Assembly: GCF_006345805.1 (NCBI RefSeq)
Contig: NC_043009.1
Coordinates: 51,150,001-51,214,000, forward strand
DNA length: 64,000 nt
Reading direction: 5' to 3'
DNA from: Octopus sinensis
Lineage: Eukaryota
The notes below the pieces were generated by a model. The model made no database searches, was not told where the DNA came from, and saw nothing but the letters and a program-made list of their open reading frames with translations. A program made the translations under genes and the position numbers. Shown one piece after another: positions 63,512 to 64,000 of this stretch. How positions within the stretch are numbered: the first letter of the stretch is position 1; every line of letters begins with the position of its first letter.

Positions 63512-64000
63512 TAGCAGACATATTTAATATAGAAAACAGAACAATGTGAATTAATGAAAATTCCAGACGTAAGTGAATAGAGAGACAAACAACAGCTCAG
63601 TGACTAATGATTATGAAATCGGGTCAAGGCTAAATCTAAAATATATTTAATTAAAAGTGGGATTAGGCAGTGAATTAACAGATTCGTTAAGGTGAATCAG
63701 CGGCGTCTGTTAGATCTGCTCTCATTTAGGCGCAAGGTTAGCAATCTTTTTGAAACAAGTTGTTGAGGAAAGAAAGGCAAATATGGCTTCCTGAGATTTG
63801 AATGATAGAATGTAAAGAACTGAGAAATTTTGTCTGACGCTCTAACGATCTGCCGAGTCCCTGCATTTTGCCGCAGCCTGGTAATATTTTTTCCGATTTC
63901 CTAAATTCATGTGTTCCATAATCTATCTATATATATATAAAACTGAGAATGTGCGTCTTCCTGCCTATATGTGTGCATCACTAAAGCTCCAGAACTACTC

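Overview
Non-genic, repeat-dominated animal DNA. The SINE families and microsatellite load look like an octopus or other coleoid genome; this is recognition from memory, not a search result. I can support no host protein-coding gene: the ORF track is almost entirely translated microsatellite and satellite. The centre (about 18.7-54.45 kb) is a ~35.7 kb satellite of 10-bp monomers with several tiers of higher-order repeat and two internal inversions. It is bracketed by inverted arrays of a 9-bp unit and flanked by 22-bp, ~60-bp and ~44-bp tandem arrays, so it resembles a giant foldback-like composite element. The flanks hold many tRNA-derived SINEs, a Dong/R4-type LINE 3' end, a decayed CR1-type LINE fragment, a ~430-bp palindromic MITE-like element, and a ~0.9-kb inverted duplication carrying a templated satellite patch. 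The most interesting signal is a set of hammerhead ribozyme (HHR) motifs. One is canonical and intact (16959-17044) and lies just downstream of CCAAT/CRE/TATA motifs. Five more have variant cores, mostly CCGAnGA and/or an extra A after A9. All six sit about 55-110 nt upstream of a (TA)n tract, consistent with Penelope-like or retrozyme-like elements associated with TA microsatellites.
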